From contig WALU01000016.1 in the NCBI GenBank assembly GCA_015522685.1, positions 1 through 59,002 of the forward strand: a DNA stretch of 59,002 nt. Reading direction: 5' to 3'. This DNA comes from Thermoproteota archaeon. GTDB lineage: Archaea; Korarchaeota; Korarchaeia; Korarchaeales; Korarchaeaceae. Of the stretch, positions 8,593 through 18,241 are shown piece by piece. The notes beneath the pieces were generated by a model that was given only the letters and a program-made list of their open reading frames with translations, had not been told where the DNA came from and did not search any database. The position numbers and the translations under genes were made by a program. The stretch's first letter is position 1. Each line of letters opens with the position of its first letter.

Positions 8593-11310
8593 TTAATCAC
8601 TAACATGCTCTTCCTCATCTAATATCTCGGTCCTCGAAACATCTCCAGATTTACTAACTAGTATTGAATGGGTAGCAATATCCCTAAATCTAGCTGAATG
8701 AGTTACAATTATCATCTGAGGGATATCAAGGGAAGATATAGCCTCTATTAGAGCATTTATCCTCTCCTCGTCTAGGTAAATGGTTGGTTCATCTAAAACA
8801 AATGTTTCCACACTGGCCATAAGGTAGCGAGCAATTGCAAGTCGTAGAGCGAGGGTTAACGATATCCTCTCCCCACCACTCAATCTATCAAAAGAAAAAG
8901 TAGGTTTTCCTCTCCTCAAATGAGGGGTAAAATCATCATCAAGAGTTATAGAATCATAATCAAAATTGAAGGAGCTGAATATACTGTTCAATTCCCTCTC
9001 TATTGAGGGTCTAGCTTTCTCCCTTATTAGCGTCTGTATCCCTCTATCTCTACTAAAAACTTCTCTAATCTTAGCAAGTTTGGATCTAAAGTTACTCAGA
9101 TTTTCTCTCTTAGCTCTCAGCTCCTTAAGCTGTTCTTTCTTACCTCTCAGCTGATTAGCTCTGGATTCCAGCTCCTCAATCTTACCAAGTATCTTGCTTT
9201 TTTCGGCTAAAATATTGTTAAATCTCTCTTCTAGTCTCTCTAACTCTTTTCTCAGGTTATACAGCCTACTGGGATCATAATTGAGGGAGGAAATCTCATC
9301 TTTTATGGATCTAATTTCCTTATCTATGCCATTAAAGTTCGCTTTCATCTTCTCTAGATCTCCTTTTATTGAATCTCTTGTAGATAGCAAGCCTCTCAGC
9401 TTTTGCACCTCTTTAAAAGCAGTGAGGGATTTGTTATACTCTTCATCTATAGATCCCTCACTTAAACCAATAGCCAATAGATCTTTCCTGATCTTTTTCT
9501 CCATATTCTTCAAGCTCTCTCTAAGGGAATCAATATTCTCCTCGCTTAACTCCTTTTTAATTTCCTCTATGATAGGTAAAAGACCCTCTTTCTTGGAAAT
9601 TTTGCTCCTTATCTCATTTACCCGTTGTATTAATTCATCTAGACAGGCTAACTTATCTTTTAGTGGCTTGGTAAGGGAGCTTATTCTATTCACCTCTTTC
9701 TCAACCTTCTCCAACTCCTTGGCGCTGCTCTCCAGTTCCTCCTTTGACCTATGAGCTTCAGAGAGGTTGAAGTCTTTCAACTTGCTCAGTCTACTCTTCA
9801 TCTCAGATATTCTACTAGCTAAAACTTCAATATCTTCCTTTGTGCTGTCATATTTCCCTTTCAGGGACTCTACTTCATTTAGTAATCTTCTCCTTAATCT
9901 TTCAATGGACTTTTTGTCCAGCTTGGAACCACAGAGGGGACATTTATTTATATCACCATTTAGATCTTCCAAATATCTCCTATTATGCTCTATTCTCTCA
10001 TATAACTTGGATTTCTCATCTTTGAGAGAGGATAAGGAGAACTCCAATCCATTAATACTAGTTTCTAAAGATCTGATCTCTCCGGTTATGATGCGATCTA
10101 TATCCTTGGATTCATCCAGCTCAAGACCTATCAAGCCAGACAATTCAGCTAGCGAGCTTCTGAACATATTTCTCTCCTCTATGATGTGTTCTCTGATCCG
10201 AGACGCTTTCTCCTCCAATATCTTTAGCTGCTCCTCTAATCTTATTAGCTCATCCTTTAGAGAGCTAAGCTCCCTGAACTTGATCTCTAAAGCTTCTCTC
10301 TCTTTTTTCAGGCTGCTAAGAGATGATATTCTCTTCTCATATGAGTTCAACTCATCTTTTCTCTTCTTCAAGTAGTTCAGTCTATCTCTGAGCCTCATGA
10401 TCCTAGTTATCTTCTCTTTAACTCCAGAGATTATCTCATATTTGGAAGCTATAGCTTCCAAATCAGGTAGCTTGACGAGCACCTCTTCAATTCTAATAAG
10501 CTCCTTCCTCTTACTCTCAATCTCCTTAGCTAATTGACTTGCACTTACTGAAAGATTTTCTTCCTTAGCTTTCAAGCTCATATATCTTTTATCTAACTTA
10601 TCCAGACTAGAAATTTCACTCTTAAGTGAATATATCTTAGAATTCAGCTCCTTCTCCTGTTTCTCTAGGATTCCTTTCTTCTCCTTTAGCCTCTCCAGTT
10701 CTTCTAGTAAGGAGGCTTCCTCCTTGAATACATCGCCAATTCCTTTCATTTCGCTTTCAATTGAATATAGCTTGGAGTCTAACCTACTGATTGCGTTCTT
10801 TAGCTCCTCCCATATACCTTCTAATGCTTCCATTCCCAGTAACCTGCCTATAAGCTCCTTCCTCTTGGCTGGCGCTTGCTCTAATAGATCAGCTATCTCT
10901 CCTTGCCTCACATATATAGCCTGAAGGAATGTCTCCCTTCCGACCCCTAAGAGGGCCTCTACTTGCTTCGATACTTTACTCTGATCCCTCTGAAGCAGTT
11001 TTCTTTGGTTCCCCAATAACTCATAGAGGAGAGCTGATGATCTGCCTTCTCTTTCCTTTTCCCTTACAATTAGGTAGTGATGGCCATTTAGCTCGAACTC
11101 TAGCTCGACCTTCAGTCCAGGAGATCCTGTTCTTATAATGCTTTCTTGATTCCTGACGCTCCTTGGGTATAATGCATAAGAGATCGCTTCTAGTATGGTC
11201 GTTTTACCAGCTCCATTTTCCCCTATTATTGCGTTTATTCCATCAGAAAATGTAAGTTCCGTTCCAGCATGAGAACCAAAATTGTGAAGGGAAATCCTCC
11301 TTATCCTCAA
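8593..11310 (-). CDS. rad50: DNA double-strand break repair ATPase Rad50
   Basis: GENGAGKT, RQGEI Q-loop, long coiled coil with CPLC zinc hook, LSGGE, LDEPT and VTH. Confidence 0.95.
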   Translation of the reverse strand: MRIRRISLHNFGSHAGTELTFSDGINAIIGENGAGKTTILEAISYALYPRSVRNQESIIRTGSPGLKVELEFELNGHHYLIVREKEREGRSSALLYELLGNQRKLLQRDQSKVSKQVEALLGVGRETFLQAIYVRQGEIADLLEQAPAKRKELIGRLLGMEALEGIWEELKNAISRLDSKLYSIESEMKGIGDVFKEEASLLEELERLKEKKGILEKQEKELNSKIYSLKSEISSLDKLDKRYMSLKAKEENLSVSASQLAKEIESKRKELIRIEEVLVKLPDLEAIASKYEIISGVKEKITRIMRLRDRLNYLKKRKDELNSYEKRISSLSSLKKEREALEIKFRELSSLKDELIRLEEQLKILEEKASRIREHIIEERNMFRSSLAELSGLIGLELDESKDIDRIITGEIRSLETSINGLEFSLSSLKDEKSKLYERIEHNRRYLEDLNGDINKCPLCGSKLDKKSIERLRRRLLNEVESLKGKYDSTKEDIEVLASRISEMKSRLSKLKDFNLSEAHRSKEELESSAKELEKVEKEVNRISSLTKPLKDKLACLDELIQRVNEIRSKISKKEGLLPIIEEIKKELSEENIDSLRESLKNMEKKIRKDLLAIGLSEGSIDEEYNKSLTAFKEVQKLRGLLSTRDSIKGDLEKMKANFNGIDKEIRSIKDEISSLNYDPSRLYNLRKELERLEERFNNILAEKSKILGKIEELESRANQLRGKKEQLKELRAKRENLSNFRSKLAKIREVFSRDRGIQTLIREKARPSIERELNSIFSSFNFDYDSITLDDDFTPHLRRGKPTFSFDRLSGGERISLTLALRLAIARYLMASVETFVLDEPTIYLDEERINALIEAISSLDIPQMIIVTHSARFRDIATHSILVSKSGDVSRTEILDEEEHVSD

Positions 11311-11313
11311 TTC

Positions 11314-12492
11314 TCATTCCTCCTCGGATAGTTTAAGCACTTCCTTAACGAAGGTATCTCTTCTCTTTCCTTCCCTATACCATAAATCGAAAATCCGCAA
11401 GGAGAGTCTTTTCTCATCTTCATCCAACTTCATGGATCCTATGGCATTTCGAACTAGCTCCTCCACACTAATCCCCGCAATAATATCCTTCTCCTCCACA
11501 TCGGCAGATTCTCTGAACTCTCTAACATTCACATGGAGGGACTTCTCCAATAAAGCTCTCCTAATCTCTATTGTAGGAAGGCCTGCCCTCAAATCGCCAG
11601 TTACTTGCACCTTACCTATAATAACAGGCTTCTCTTTGTAGCCGGATGCATTTTTTGAAAGTCTCTCTATCAATCCGTAAAGATCCTTTGTGTCTCCTAT
11701 TTTCTCCGAAAAGGAAATGAAAGGCCTTGTCTTTAACTTGATTTCTCTTATACTAATTCCATCTCGATCTATGTCAACTGATAGTATATACTTTCCCTCT
11801 CTAACGTATGTAGATACTTCTCTAGTCTCTATAACTTCCGTGGATCCGGAATATGCAAATACTCTCCTCCCACTCCTCCTCACAACCTTGTTGTGATAGT
11901 GGCCCATGGCCGTGTAATCGAAGGAGCTCCTAGCTATATCAGAAAAGTCTACCTCTGGATAAATAGCCTTAATCATACCTTTAACTCCTTGGTGTATCAT
12001 GAGAACAGAAGGACAGCTGCATAGATTCTTAGCTTTTTTATTTAGGTTTTCTACGGCATCAGCGACCCTTACTCCTCTACTCGCGTAAGGAATACCGGCT
12101 ACAACTAAATCCCCAAATCTCTTCAATCTAGGACTCAGTCTAACAAAGAGATCTCCATACCCTATCCTGTTAAAGATTTTCTCTAAGTTAATGAGAGGAG
12201 AAGTAATCCTCTTCCTAACAGTATCTGCTCCTAGCTCGTGATTCCCCTCTATTATAGCTATGGGTACTCCTTCCTCCAAGACCTTCAGGAATCCTTCGAA
12301 AGCCCTAACGAAAGCCCTTGGATGAGGTCTATAGCTATCGAATAGGTCACCTGTGTGCACTATTAAGTCAGGCTTCTCGCTTAAAGCTAGATCTATTGCT
12401 TGATTAAATGCTCTATACAGATCTTCCTCCCTTTCAGCTAGATGAAACTGAGCCTTTCCCAAATGATTATCTGATATATGTATGATCTTCAT
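11314..12492 (-). CDS. mre11: DNA double-strand break repair nuclease Mre11
   Basis: Phosphoesterase motifs SDNHLG, GDLFD, GNHE, HQG and GHYH; adjacent to rad50. Confidence 0.94.
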   Translation of the reverse strand: MKIIHISDNHLGKAQFHLAEREEDLYRAFNQAIDLALSEKPDLIVHTGDLFDSYRPHPRAFVRAFEGFLKVLEEGVPIAIIEGNHELGADTVRKRITSPLINLEKIFNRIGYGDLFVRLSPRLKRFGDLVVAGIPYASRGVRVADAVENLNKKAKNLCSCPSVLMIHQGVKGMIKAIYPEVDFSDIARSSFDYTAMGHYHNKVVRRSGRRVFAYSGSTEVIETREVSTYVREGKYILSVDIDRDGISIREIKLKTRPFISFSEKIGDTKDLYGLIERLSKNASGYKEKPVIIGKVQVTGDLRAGLPTIEIRRALLEKSLHVNVREFRESADVEEKDIIAGISVEELVRNAIGSMKLDEDEKRLSLRIFDLWYREGKRRDTFVKEVLKLSEEE

Positions 12493-12493
12493 T

Positions 12494-14116
12494 TTAGTCG
12501 CCTATAGAGCTATAATACTCATCTGGAGTGGCACTAAGCCTCTTTCTCAATCCCTCTCTCCACATCTCATATGCTTTCAAGCTTTCTCCTCCTCTTTTTC
12601 CTTTAAAGAAGCGAACTTTTACTAAGGCAGGGATCTTCACCATGGGTCCTACAACGATAGCCTCACCAACGTTGAGAGAGGGAAGATAAGAGATCATTTC
12701 TTCGCTTAGAAACTCCGTTGCTCTTCTTATGTAAGCCTGGTCATCAGGTTCAACCACACGGAGGATTATCTTATTTACCATTTGTGAGAGTACATCTGAG
12801 TTAAGACGCTTAGGTCTCTGGCTAACCAAGCAAAGTCCTACTCCAAATTTCCTTCCTTCTTTTGCTATAGAGCTTGCTGCTTGGGACGTGTAAGTATACT
12901 CTACTGAAGGGATGAGTGTATGAGCCTCCTCCAGCACAGCCAATACCGGTGTGGGAAAATCAAGGTAACCTCTACCAATTATTTTAGCTTTTGCTCTGTA
13001 GAGAATGGTATAAAGAGTTTTTCCCACTACCACATCTGTAAGATCCGAATCTAATTGGCCTAAATCTACTATCAGTAATTTTCCATAATTAAGATGATCT
13101 ACTGGCTCACCGGCGGCCGGTTTTAGCACTCTATCATACTTTGTCCTAATGAAGTCAACTTTGGCTAGAAGGCTTTCTATGCTTCCCCTATCATTAGATG
13201 AAAATTTAAGGAGATACGGATCATCCTCATTATTCTTCTCTTTCATAAGGGAAAGCTTAACTAATGCATGTATTCCGGCGAGCAGATCATCTCTATCTGC
13301 TCTTAGCTCAGCTTTATCCAAATATTCTCCGAGCTTCTCCCTAATGAGGAGTTCCTTAGCGGTTCTAAATGCAGCTTTTAGGTAAATAAATTGCTTTGGA
13401 GCATTATCATATGTTATCTTCATGAGCTTTCCTAATTCCTCTACTGACAGGGTGTTAGGATCCAGAATAGGATCTATAGTCTCTATTTCACAGTGGGGGC
13501 AGTCTAAAGTCATGCCGGCATATTCAGAGTGAACATCAAATAGAATGGCGACACCTCCCATTCTAATAATCTCATATAGAATTACAGCTACGGAGTTGGA
13601 TTTTCCTCCACCTGTAACCGCAAGTATGGCGAGATGCCTAGAAATGAGTTCATTTGGATCTAGATGGATAGTAACGTCTTCTCTAGTTAGGAGGTTCCCC
13701 AATTTTATTCCCTCTTTATCAGGAGGGGGAGCGAATATCTGCCGAAGCAGCTCTGCCGGGGCTCTTTTTACTAGAGCGCCCGTAGGCGGTGGTGCTCTAG
13801 GCAATCCAGCAAGCTTTTTACTCTTAAGCTTACCTATCATCCTTATCGTGGCTTTTAACCAATCAGATGGAGAGCCAACTACCTCGAGAATTGTGTCATA
13901 GTAATTAGCTTGAAGGAGATCACTTCTAGCTAATTCAAGGGCTCCTCTTACCACGTTACTAATCATCCCTAAGAGATCAGTTTCATCTCCTTCTACTACA
14001 ACATAATCTCCCACTTTAGGAACGACTCCCTGATAAGAGATCATATCAGCTTGAACAGGAGTAGAATTAGGTGCTATTCTCCCCAAAACATCATTCTCCA
14101 AGGATCTCCCTCCCAC
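12494..14116 (-). CDS. herA: HerA DNA translocase/helicase
   Basis: RHLAILAVTGGGKSN, LEEAH, EGRKFG and SQRP; operon context. Confidence 0.93.
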   Translation of the reverse strand: MGGRSLENDVLGRIAPNSTPVQADMISYQGVVPKVGDYVVVEGDETDLLGMISNVVRGALELARSDLLQANYYDTILEVVGSPSDWLKATIRMIGKLKSKKLAGLPRAPPPTGALVKRAPAELLRQIFAPPPDKEGIKLGNLLTREDVTIHLDPNELISRHLAILAVTGGGKSNSVAVILYEIIRMGGVAILFDVHSEYAGMTLDCPHCEIETIDPILDPNTLSVEELGKLMKITYDNAPKQFIYLKAAFRTAKELLIREKLGEYLDKAELRADRDDLLAGIHALVKLSLMKEKNNEDDPYLLKFSSNDRGSIESLLAKVDFIRTKYDRVLKPAAGEPVDHLNYGKLLIVDLGQLDSDLTDVVVGKTLYTILYRAKAKIIGRGYLDFPTPVLAVLEEAHTLIPSVEYTYTSQAASSIAKEGRKFGVGLCLVSQRPKRLNSDVLSQMVNKIILRVVEPDDQAYIRRATEFLSEEMISYLPSLNVGEAIVVGPMVKIPALVKVRFFKGKRGGESLKAYEMWREGLRKRLSATPDEYYSSIGD

Positions 14117-15212
14117 TTATCTCCACTATCTTAAGATTTCTTGCTAAATGAAGCATCATCTCCTTACTTATCTTCGTCATTTCATGAACCACCCTTAAGT
14201 GGTAGGGATACCCCCTCACAGAGTATCTAGCAAGGGAGCTGAGTAACATAGCTACCTCCTCATAATTTAAGCTCCCTACAATCTCTACCCTGAGTGGGTT
14301 AGCGTTCTTCTCTAACCTCACATAAGTGAGTGTTATTGGATAGCTATCTCCTATGCCAGAAAACTCCGGGAAGGTTAATTGAGTCACCTTTGGTAATAAA
14401 AAGCCTCTTTGATTAGAGTATCTTCTAATGATCTCTAAATCCGGCGTCCTATCGTCGAAATAGGAACTACTGCTTGATCTCTTAGCTATAGCTATTATGA
14501 TTGTTCTTCCTCCCTTAAGTAATTTGTTCAAACTCAGTAGTTTCTCATATCCTTCTATAAAGGCCTTGGCTCGCATGATCTCATCCTTCTTAGGGCTTCT
14601 CCTTAGCTCTTCCTCAAGTATGGATCCTACGATTGATCCTATAAGGTCCGATACCTCAGCTTGGTGGGTGATGGAAGATAGGCCATCGGTAAGGTCGTAC
14701 TTCAATTGATTCATCACCTCTTCTAGAATCCTTCTCATGTGATAAGGAACCCTCTGACCATAGGGAGTTGATAATCCTCTATTAATAGAGGCTATGAAAG
14801 AACCATCCATGAGAAGGATCTCAGAACCTAGATCTAGGGACTTCAGGCCCATTTTAACTTCCATCGTTTCTCTGCAAAACGAAATTCTCTCCTTGAGATA
14901 ATAGTCTTCAAGTACTCCTATCTGGTACTTTCTGGCCCTCACAGCTTCCTCATCTTTAAAGAAGAGGGATGCTGATGTTATGAACAGTACCTGCCCTAGT
15001 GTAAGATAATCGCTGTTATTGCTTCCATCTACCGCCGCTATCTTAGAGTATTCCGGCTCAGGTAACTCGGATATCCAGTTCCTCCGTAACATGGATATGG
15101 AGACTCTTTCTTTAATGTCATCATCTGTAGCTAGAAAAGAAGCTACATAGCTTTTAGCCCTCACAACAGCTTCCTCAATGGATTCAAATGGTAATTCAGG
15201 CATCAGGTGCAT
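14091..15212 (-). CDS. nurA: NurA nuclease
   Basis: AAVDGS, LMDGS and GYPYHL-x-x-VH motifs; first gene of the operon. Confidence 0.92.
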   Translation of the reverse strand: MHLMPELPFESIEEAVVRAKSYVASFLATDDDIKERVSISMLRRNWISELPEPEYSKIAAVDGSNNSDYLTLGQVLFITSASLFFKDEEAVRARKYQIGVLEDYYLKERISFCRETMEVKMGLKSLDLGSEILLMDGSFIASINRGLSTPYGQRVPYHMRRILEEVMNQLKYDLTDGLSSITHQAEVSDLIGSIVGSILEEELRRSPKKDEIMRAKAFIEGYEKLLSLNKLLKGGRTIIIAIAKRSSSSSYFDDRTPDLEIIRRYSNQRGFLLPKVTQLTFPEFSGIGDSYPITLTYVRLEKNANPLRVEIVGSLNYEEVAMLLSSLARYSVRGYPYHLRVVHEMTKISKEMMLHLARNLKIVEISGREILGE

Positions 15213-15243
15213 TCATTTATAATGGTGTGTACTAGATTTTAAC

Positions 15244-16665
15244 GTGTTCCTGTTGATAATTGGGGATAACTTGACAGACTTAGATATATTCTTCAAGCCT
15301 AAATCTGTAGCTGTAATAGGAGCTTCTAGAAATCCAGAAAGAGTGGGGCACATTATCTTAAAGAGAATGATAGAAATAGAATATCCTGGCAAGTTATATC
15401 CCGTTAATCCAAAAGCAGAGAAGATATTAGGGATTAAATGTTATTCTAGCGTTGAGGAAATACCGGATGAGATATATCTCGCTGTAATCGCATTGAGAGC
15501 AGATCTAACGCCTTCAGCATTAGAGGAATCGGCTAAGAAAGGCGCTAAAGGTGCAATAGTTATATCGGGAGGTTTCTCCGAGATAGGAAACTATGGACTA
15601 GAGGCTCAACTGCTGTCGATTGCTAAAAAGTATGGGATTAGAATCATTGGACCTAACTGCTTAGGTGTTTTCGATCCTAAGAATAAGATAGATACTCTCT
15701 TCTTGCCTAAGGAGGTTATACCAAGACCTAGAGCCGGAGAGGTATCCATAATAACGCAAAGTGGCAGTTTAGGCAGTACTCTCCTAACGATGATAAGAAA
15801 AGAGGGCAGAGGACTGAGCAAATTCATAAGCTATGGTAACAGGATCGATGTTGATGAAGGAGACTTGGTAAGCTATCTGTCGGAGGATAATGACACGAAG
15901 GTCATAGCTGCTTATATAGAAGGGGTCATAGATGGCCGAAAATTCATGGACACCATAAGATCTGCCTCAGCCAAGAAACCCGTAGTTGTTCTTAAAGGTG
16001 GAAGAACTGCTTCAGGAGATAGAGCTGTTAAAAGTCATACCGGATCCCTTGCTGGTAGAAGTGATATATTTGAGGCGGCTGTCAAGCAGAGCAGGGGTAT
16101 AATAGTCGGCACTCTCGATGAGTTCATGGATGTGCCGGCTGCTCTTTCTACACAGCCACCTATGTATGGAGATAAGGTAGCTGTTCTAACTAACGGAGGA
16201 GGTTTCGGTATACTTGCTGTGGATGCCCTCGAAATGAGGGGCTTTAAAGTGACTCCTCCTTCATCAGAGCTAATGAGAAAGTTGAAGGAAATACTTCCCC
16301 TATACTATCCTGTAAGTAATCCTACAGATCTAACTGGAGATTCTACTCCCGAGCAATTCTTAGATGCTGGATTAGCAATAGTCGAGAGTTGTGAATACGA
16401 CGCGCTGTTCTTAATACCTCTATTAGGAGTCCCTGGTATGGTGCCAGAGAAAACGGAGAGCATGCTCATACAACTGGTTAAGAGTTCAAATATACCAATA
16501 GTTGCTACAGCAGTTCCTACTACACCTAACGTGGAGGAGGTCTTACATAAAATGGAGAAGAAGGGCCTGCCAATATATCCAACCCCAGAGAGGGCAGCAT
16601 CTTCTCTCTACGGTCTTAGACAGTATGGTAAAATGAGGGATACATCTCCAATAGAACATTTTTAA
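15244..16665 (+). CDS. acdA: ADP-forming acetate/acyl-CoA synthetase alpha subunit
   Basis: CoA-binding VAVIGAS, IIGPNCLG, TQSG, phospho-His motif SHTGSLAG and NPTDLTGD. The start may be TTG 15271. Confidence 0.92.
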   Translation: MFLLIIGDNLTDLDIFFKPKSVAVIGASRNPERVGHIILKRMIEIEYPGKLYPVNPKAEKILGIKCYSSVEEIPDEIYLAVIALRADLTPSALEESAKKGAKGAIVISGGFSEIGNYGLEAQLLSIAKKYGIRIIGPNCLGVFDPKNKIDTLFLPKEVIPRPRAGEVSIITQSGSLGSTLLTMIRKEGRGLSKFISYGNRIDVDEGDLVSYLSEDNDTKVIAAYIEGVIDGRKFMDTIRSASAKKPVVVLKGGRTASGDRAVKSHTGSLAGRSDIFEAAVKQSRGIIVGTLDEFMDVPAALSTQPPMYGDKVAVLTNGGGFGILAVDALEMRGFKVTPPSSELMRKLKEILPLYYPVSNPTDLTGDSTPEQFLDAGLAIVESCEYDALFLIPLLGVPGMVPEKTESMLIQLVKSSNIPIVATAVPTTPNVEEVLHKMEKKGLPIYPTPERAASSLYGLRQYGKMRDTSPIEHF

Positions 16666-16687
16666 AAGAAGATATCTTAATTCAAAG

Positions 16688-17404
16688 GTGGTAAGCCTGT
16701 CTAGCTTCTGGGATAGACTTAAGACTAATATTGAGGCTAAATTGAATAAACTTCTCGATAATTTCGAGGATCCAAGAGAGCAGCTAGACTATGCATATAA
16801 TAAATTAGTGCAACAGCTTCATGATGTAGAAATGGCTCTATCTAGGGCTATAACTGCAAGAAAGAAGCTTGAATTTGAGCTCGAAAGCATGAACGAGAGG
16901 ATAAGTGATTTAGATGGAAAGGCTAAGAGAGCTATGAGGCTTGGTAGAGAGGGCCTAGCTAGAAAAGCGCTGGAGAGAAAGCTAGTTTTAATATCGCAAA
17001 AGAAGACTCTTGAAGAGAAAATAAAAGAGATGAAAGAAGATGAGGAAAATCTTATGGAAGTAAGAGATAAGTTGAAGACAAAGATAGACTTATTTAAGGC
17101 AAAGAAGGAGCAACTTAAGGCAGAATATGAAGCCTCCAAGGCCCAAGTTGAGGTTCAGGGGATGGTCACAGGTCTCTCTAATGACTTTGCATCAGCAGCT
17201 GAGATAGTAGACAGGGCAGAAAGCAAGGTCAATGATATGAAGGCTAGAGCTGCTGCGCTGGATGAACTTGTGGCAACTGGAGGAGCTCTGGATGTTCTCG
17301 AACCTGAAGAAAAGGATGAAATAGAGAAGAAATTAGATAAAATAGAGCTGAATAGTCAGCTAGAGGAAGAAATGAAGAAACTTAAGGAAGAAGTGAGGAG
17401 CTGA
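16688..17404 (+). CDS. pspA: PspA/IM30 (ESCRT-III superfamily) protein
   Basis: LDNFEDPREQLD, AMRLGREGLARKAL, coiled coil, and ARAAALDEL. Confidence 0.9.
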   Translation: MVSLSSFWDRLKTNIEAKLNKLLDNFEDPREQLDYAYNKLVQQLHDVEMALSRAITARKKLEFELESMNERISDLDGKAKRAMRLGREGLARKALERKLVLISQKKTLEEKIKEMKEDEENLMEVRDKLKTKIDLFKAKKEQLKAEYEASKAQVEVQGMVTGLSNDFASAAEIVDRAESKVNDMKARAAALDELVATGGALDVLEPEEKDEIEKKLDKIELNSQLEEEMKKLKEEVRS

Positions 17405-17411
17405 TCTTCTC

Positions 17412-17804
17412 TTGCCTTCCATCAGGGATTTTTTATCTTATGGTGCCAGCGCTATTCTGATATTTTTTGGGCTAATTTTTCTCATAGCAAGTAGTATAGA
17501 GCCCTTTAGAGTTATTCCTGGGCTTACGATGCTAATTCTGGGATTAGGCGTTATATATACTAACATGAAATTGAAAAAGGCCGAATTATCCAAGGAGATG
17601 CTTGAATCTAAGGTGATAAATCTCGCCAGAAGGAAGGAAGGATATGTAACAGTTGCTGATGTATCTGCTGGCCTCAATGTACCAGTAGATATAGCAGAGG
17701 AGGTACTACATAGTCTTGAAAGGAAAGGAATAGCCTTTCTTGATTTCAAAAGAATTGGAGATGAAGGAGTCGAAGTATATAGGATACTAGGTGCTAAAAG
17801 CTAG
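17412..17804 (+). CDS. Two-TM membrane protein with a C-terminal winged-helix domain
   Basis: Two hydrophobic helices followed by GYVTVADVSAGLNVPVDIAEEVLHSLERKG (wHTH-like); 7 nt after pspA. Confidence 0.7.
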   Translation: MPSIRDFLSYGASAILIFFGLIFLIASSIEPFRVIPGLTMLILGLGVIYTNMKLKKAELSKEMLESKVINLARRKEGYVTVADVSAGLNVPVDIAEEVLHSLERKGIAFLDFKRIGDEGVEVYRILGAKS

Positions 17805-17805
17805 A

Positions 17806-18150
17806 CTAGGATACGGGCGTTCCTGGAGGAACCTTCTCCTCTGGTGAGAGGAGTACAGGCCTTCCATTAACAACTGCTGCAAGCAACATTCCCTGAGATT
17901 CTATTCCCATGAACTTTCTAGGTTGGAGGTTAGCAATTATAACTATTTGCTTCCCAACTAGATCTCTAGGGTCATAGTACTCAGCCACTCCAGCTACTAA
18001 TTGCCTACGTTCGTTGCCTAAATCAACAGTCAACCTTACGAGCTTCCTACTCCCCTCCACCCTCTCAGCCTCGACTATCTCTCCAACCCTCAAACAGAGC
18101 TTCTTAAAATCGGAAAACGAAATATAGCTCATAGATGCCACCCGTCTCAT
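17806..18150 (-). CDS. Free-standing tRNA-binding OB-fold protein (Trbp111 / MetRS C-terminal-like)
   Basis: LRVGEIVEAE, LTVDLG, RQLVAG and NLQPRKFMGIESQGMLLAA. The start may be 18132. Confidence 0.92.
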   Translation of the reverse strand: MRRVASMSYISFSDFKKLCLRVGEIVEAERVEGSRKLVRLTVDLGNERRQLVAGVAEYYDPRDLVGKQIVIIANLQPRKFMGIESQGMLLAAVVNGRPVLLSPEEKVPPGTPVS

Positions 18151-18200
18151 AGTAAGTGTACTATTTTTAAATCAGTAATATGCAAAGTACTCCTGTAAAG

Positions 18201-18217
18201 GACCGCTTCGAGCGGTC
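18201..18217. repeat. GC-rich inverted repeat GACCGCT-TCG-AGCGGTC in the divergent intergenic region
   Basis: Perfect 7-bp arms seen directly, just upstream of the GAGGTGA SD of the beta-CASP gene. Confidence 0.6.
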
Positions 18218-18241
18218 TAAAATTAGAGGTGAAATGTAAAG

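Noticed and set aside
9281-10375. Long plus-strand ORFs antisense to rad50, and similar ones opposite most genes (for example 54662-55324)
   Set aside because: Ser/Leu/Phe/Ile-rich shadow frames produced by the codon bias of the real genes.
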